A DNA stretch of 64,000 bases from Trueperaceae bacterium (lineage in GTDB: Bacteria > Deinococcota > Deinococci > Deinococcales > Trueperaceae), in assembly GCA_965213925.1 (NCBI GenBank), contig OZ243927.1:192001-256000 (forward strand), read 5' to 3'. The notes beneath the pieces are model-generated. The model searched no databases. It was not told the origin of the DNA and saw only the letters and a list, made by a program, of their open reading frames with translations. This document shows positions 62,830 through 64,000 of the stretch, in pieces. The position numbers were made by a program, and so were the translations under genes. The first letter of the stretch is position 1, and every line of letters begins with the position of its first letter.

Positions 62830-63098
62830 CTCAGGAGGGGCCCGCAGACTTAATCTCGCGTTTTACAGCAGTACAGCAGGTATCATCTGGTCAGAGACGT
62901 TCTCAGTTAATGAAGTACCACTCTTAACATTCACGTTTAGAGATGATACTTACGTGATTCGTTTCTCAACCATCGTGATTGTCACCGCGTATCTGCGTCT
63001 ATCTCTAGCATCACGTTAATCTCAAAAACTGATAACGAAATCTAGAGCCCTCCACCTCGTCACCTAAGCGAGCTTGCCTCGACTTAGGGCTTGCGCTT
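62830..63098 (-). ncRNA. glmS-ribozyme-like RNA with a large internal insertion (3' domain not delimited)
   Basis: AGCGCAAG, P1 CCUAAG..CUUAGG, UGACGAGGUGGAGGG ... CGAGAUUAAGUCUGCGGGCCCCUCC in the glmS leader. Confidence 0.7.
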
Positions 63099-63118
63099 CC
63101 TCGAGTGTGACGCGCCAA

Positions 63119-63643
63119 CTAACCTCGCTCCCAGGGAGGACGCGCGACTAAAAGTCCGTGCAGACCGCGCAGCACCGCCCGCCGCTCCGGTGAAATGAGA
63201 CCTTCGCGGTCTAAGAGCGGATATAAGAGAATATCACGTCCTAAGCCAACGAGGTGTGAGCGTTGCAAGGTGGCGCTTAGCGGCACGTTTCTGGGCGGAT
63301 AGATAATCGCGTCGTTGATGTCGCGTGCGAGCGGCAGCGCGGTCGTCGCGGCGAGGACGAGGGCGCAGCCGAGCACGAAGCCGCCGACGCCGCCCGCGAG
63401 CGTGCGCAGGGGCGCGCGCAGCTTCGTTTGCGGCGGCAAGTAGCGGCTGCTAAAGCCCAGCGCTAAGCCAAACGCGAGCGCGAGAACGAGCCCGACGAAA
63501 GGGCTGAGTTGCGCGACGAGCAGCAGCGGCTTGAGCAGGAAAACCCCGCCTAAACCGACGAGCAAGCCGACGAGTTTGCGCTGCGCTGCGCAAACCGTCG
63601 TGGCGGCGACGACGAGAACGAGCGTGAGGTCAAGAGGGTTCAT
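63119..63643 (-). CDS. Hypothetical membrane protein (CvpA-like hydrophobicity pattern)
   Basis: MNPLDL.. with about 4 TM segments. Confidence 0.6.
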   Translation of the reverse strand: MNPLDLTLVLVVAATTVCAAQRKLVGLLVGLGGVFLLKPLLLVAQLSPFVGLVLALAFGLALGFSSRYLPPQTKLRAPLRTLAGGVGGFVLGCALVLAATTALPLARDINDAIIYPPRNVPLSATLQRSHLVGLGRDILLYPLLDREGLISPERRAVLRGLHGLLVARPPWERG

Positions 63644-63776
63644 AGAAGGTCCGACGGGTTGATTCGCGCGAACCAACCCGTCCGAGCGTAGCGAGTGGGA
63701 CAAGAGGGGCGGATGGAGCGACGTGAGCGATTACCGAAGCTTGTTCTCGGTAGTCGGGAATAGAGCGGAATCCGTG

Positions 63777-64000
63777 TCATTCGCGAATAGTGTAGCGCTC
63801 CTGAGCAAAGGCTGAGATGATATTCGTCATATAGGCGTCCACCTCTTCGTCGCGCAAGGCGCGTTCAGGATGACGAAAGCGCAGGCGCAAGGCGACGCTG
63901 CGCGCGCCTGCAGGGACGGGGTCGCCTTCGTAGACGTCGAAGGGGGCGAGGGTCTCGAGCCACTCGCCGCCCGCCGCCTTCGCAAGTTCAGCGAGCCGCT
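63777..64000 (-). CDS. pheT: Phenylalanine-tRNA ligase beta subunit, C-terminal anticodon-binding domain (partial)
   Basis: PFDVYEG..GARSVALRLRFRHPERALRDEEV; runs off the window. Confidence 0.9.
   Translation of the reverse strand, partial: RLAELAKAAGGEWLETLAPFDVYEGDPVPAGARSVALRLRFRHPERALRDEEVDAYMTNIISAFAQERYTIRE

Overview
64-kb chromosomal window from a GC-rich bacterium, inferred to be a Truepera-like member of Deinococcota (Thermus-type cbaD-cbaB-cbaA ba3 oxidase operon, heavy CTCGAG usage). Housekeeping blocks (0.4-9.7 kb, 33.4-45.6 kb with ba3 oxidase, tRNA-Leu and pgi, and 60.7-64 kb with glmS and the pheT end) alternate with two accessory regions (about 9.7-33.1 kb and 46.2-60.7 kb) full of truncated and frameshifted genes. 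The right island is bounded by the displaced 3' half of a tRNA-Arg(ACG) and by a decayed Tn7-like element (end with TnsB sites 26 bp below the glmS stop, broken tnsA/tnsB, no tnsC/D). The most notable unexplained signal is a family of about 11 intergenic 32-bp imperfect palindromes (13-bp arm / 6-bp GCGCGC-like spacer / 13-bp arm) at module junctions in both accessory regions. They resemble lox/dif-type tyrosine-recombinase sites and suggest a cassette-shuffling system. Also notable: a glmS-ribozyme-like leader with a ~190-nt insertion in its core, and a ba3 subunit II fused to a cytochrome c. All calls are by eye; no searches were run.
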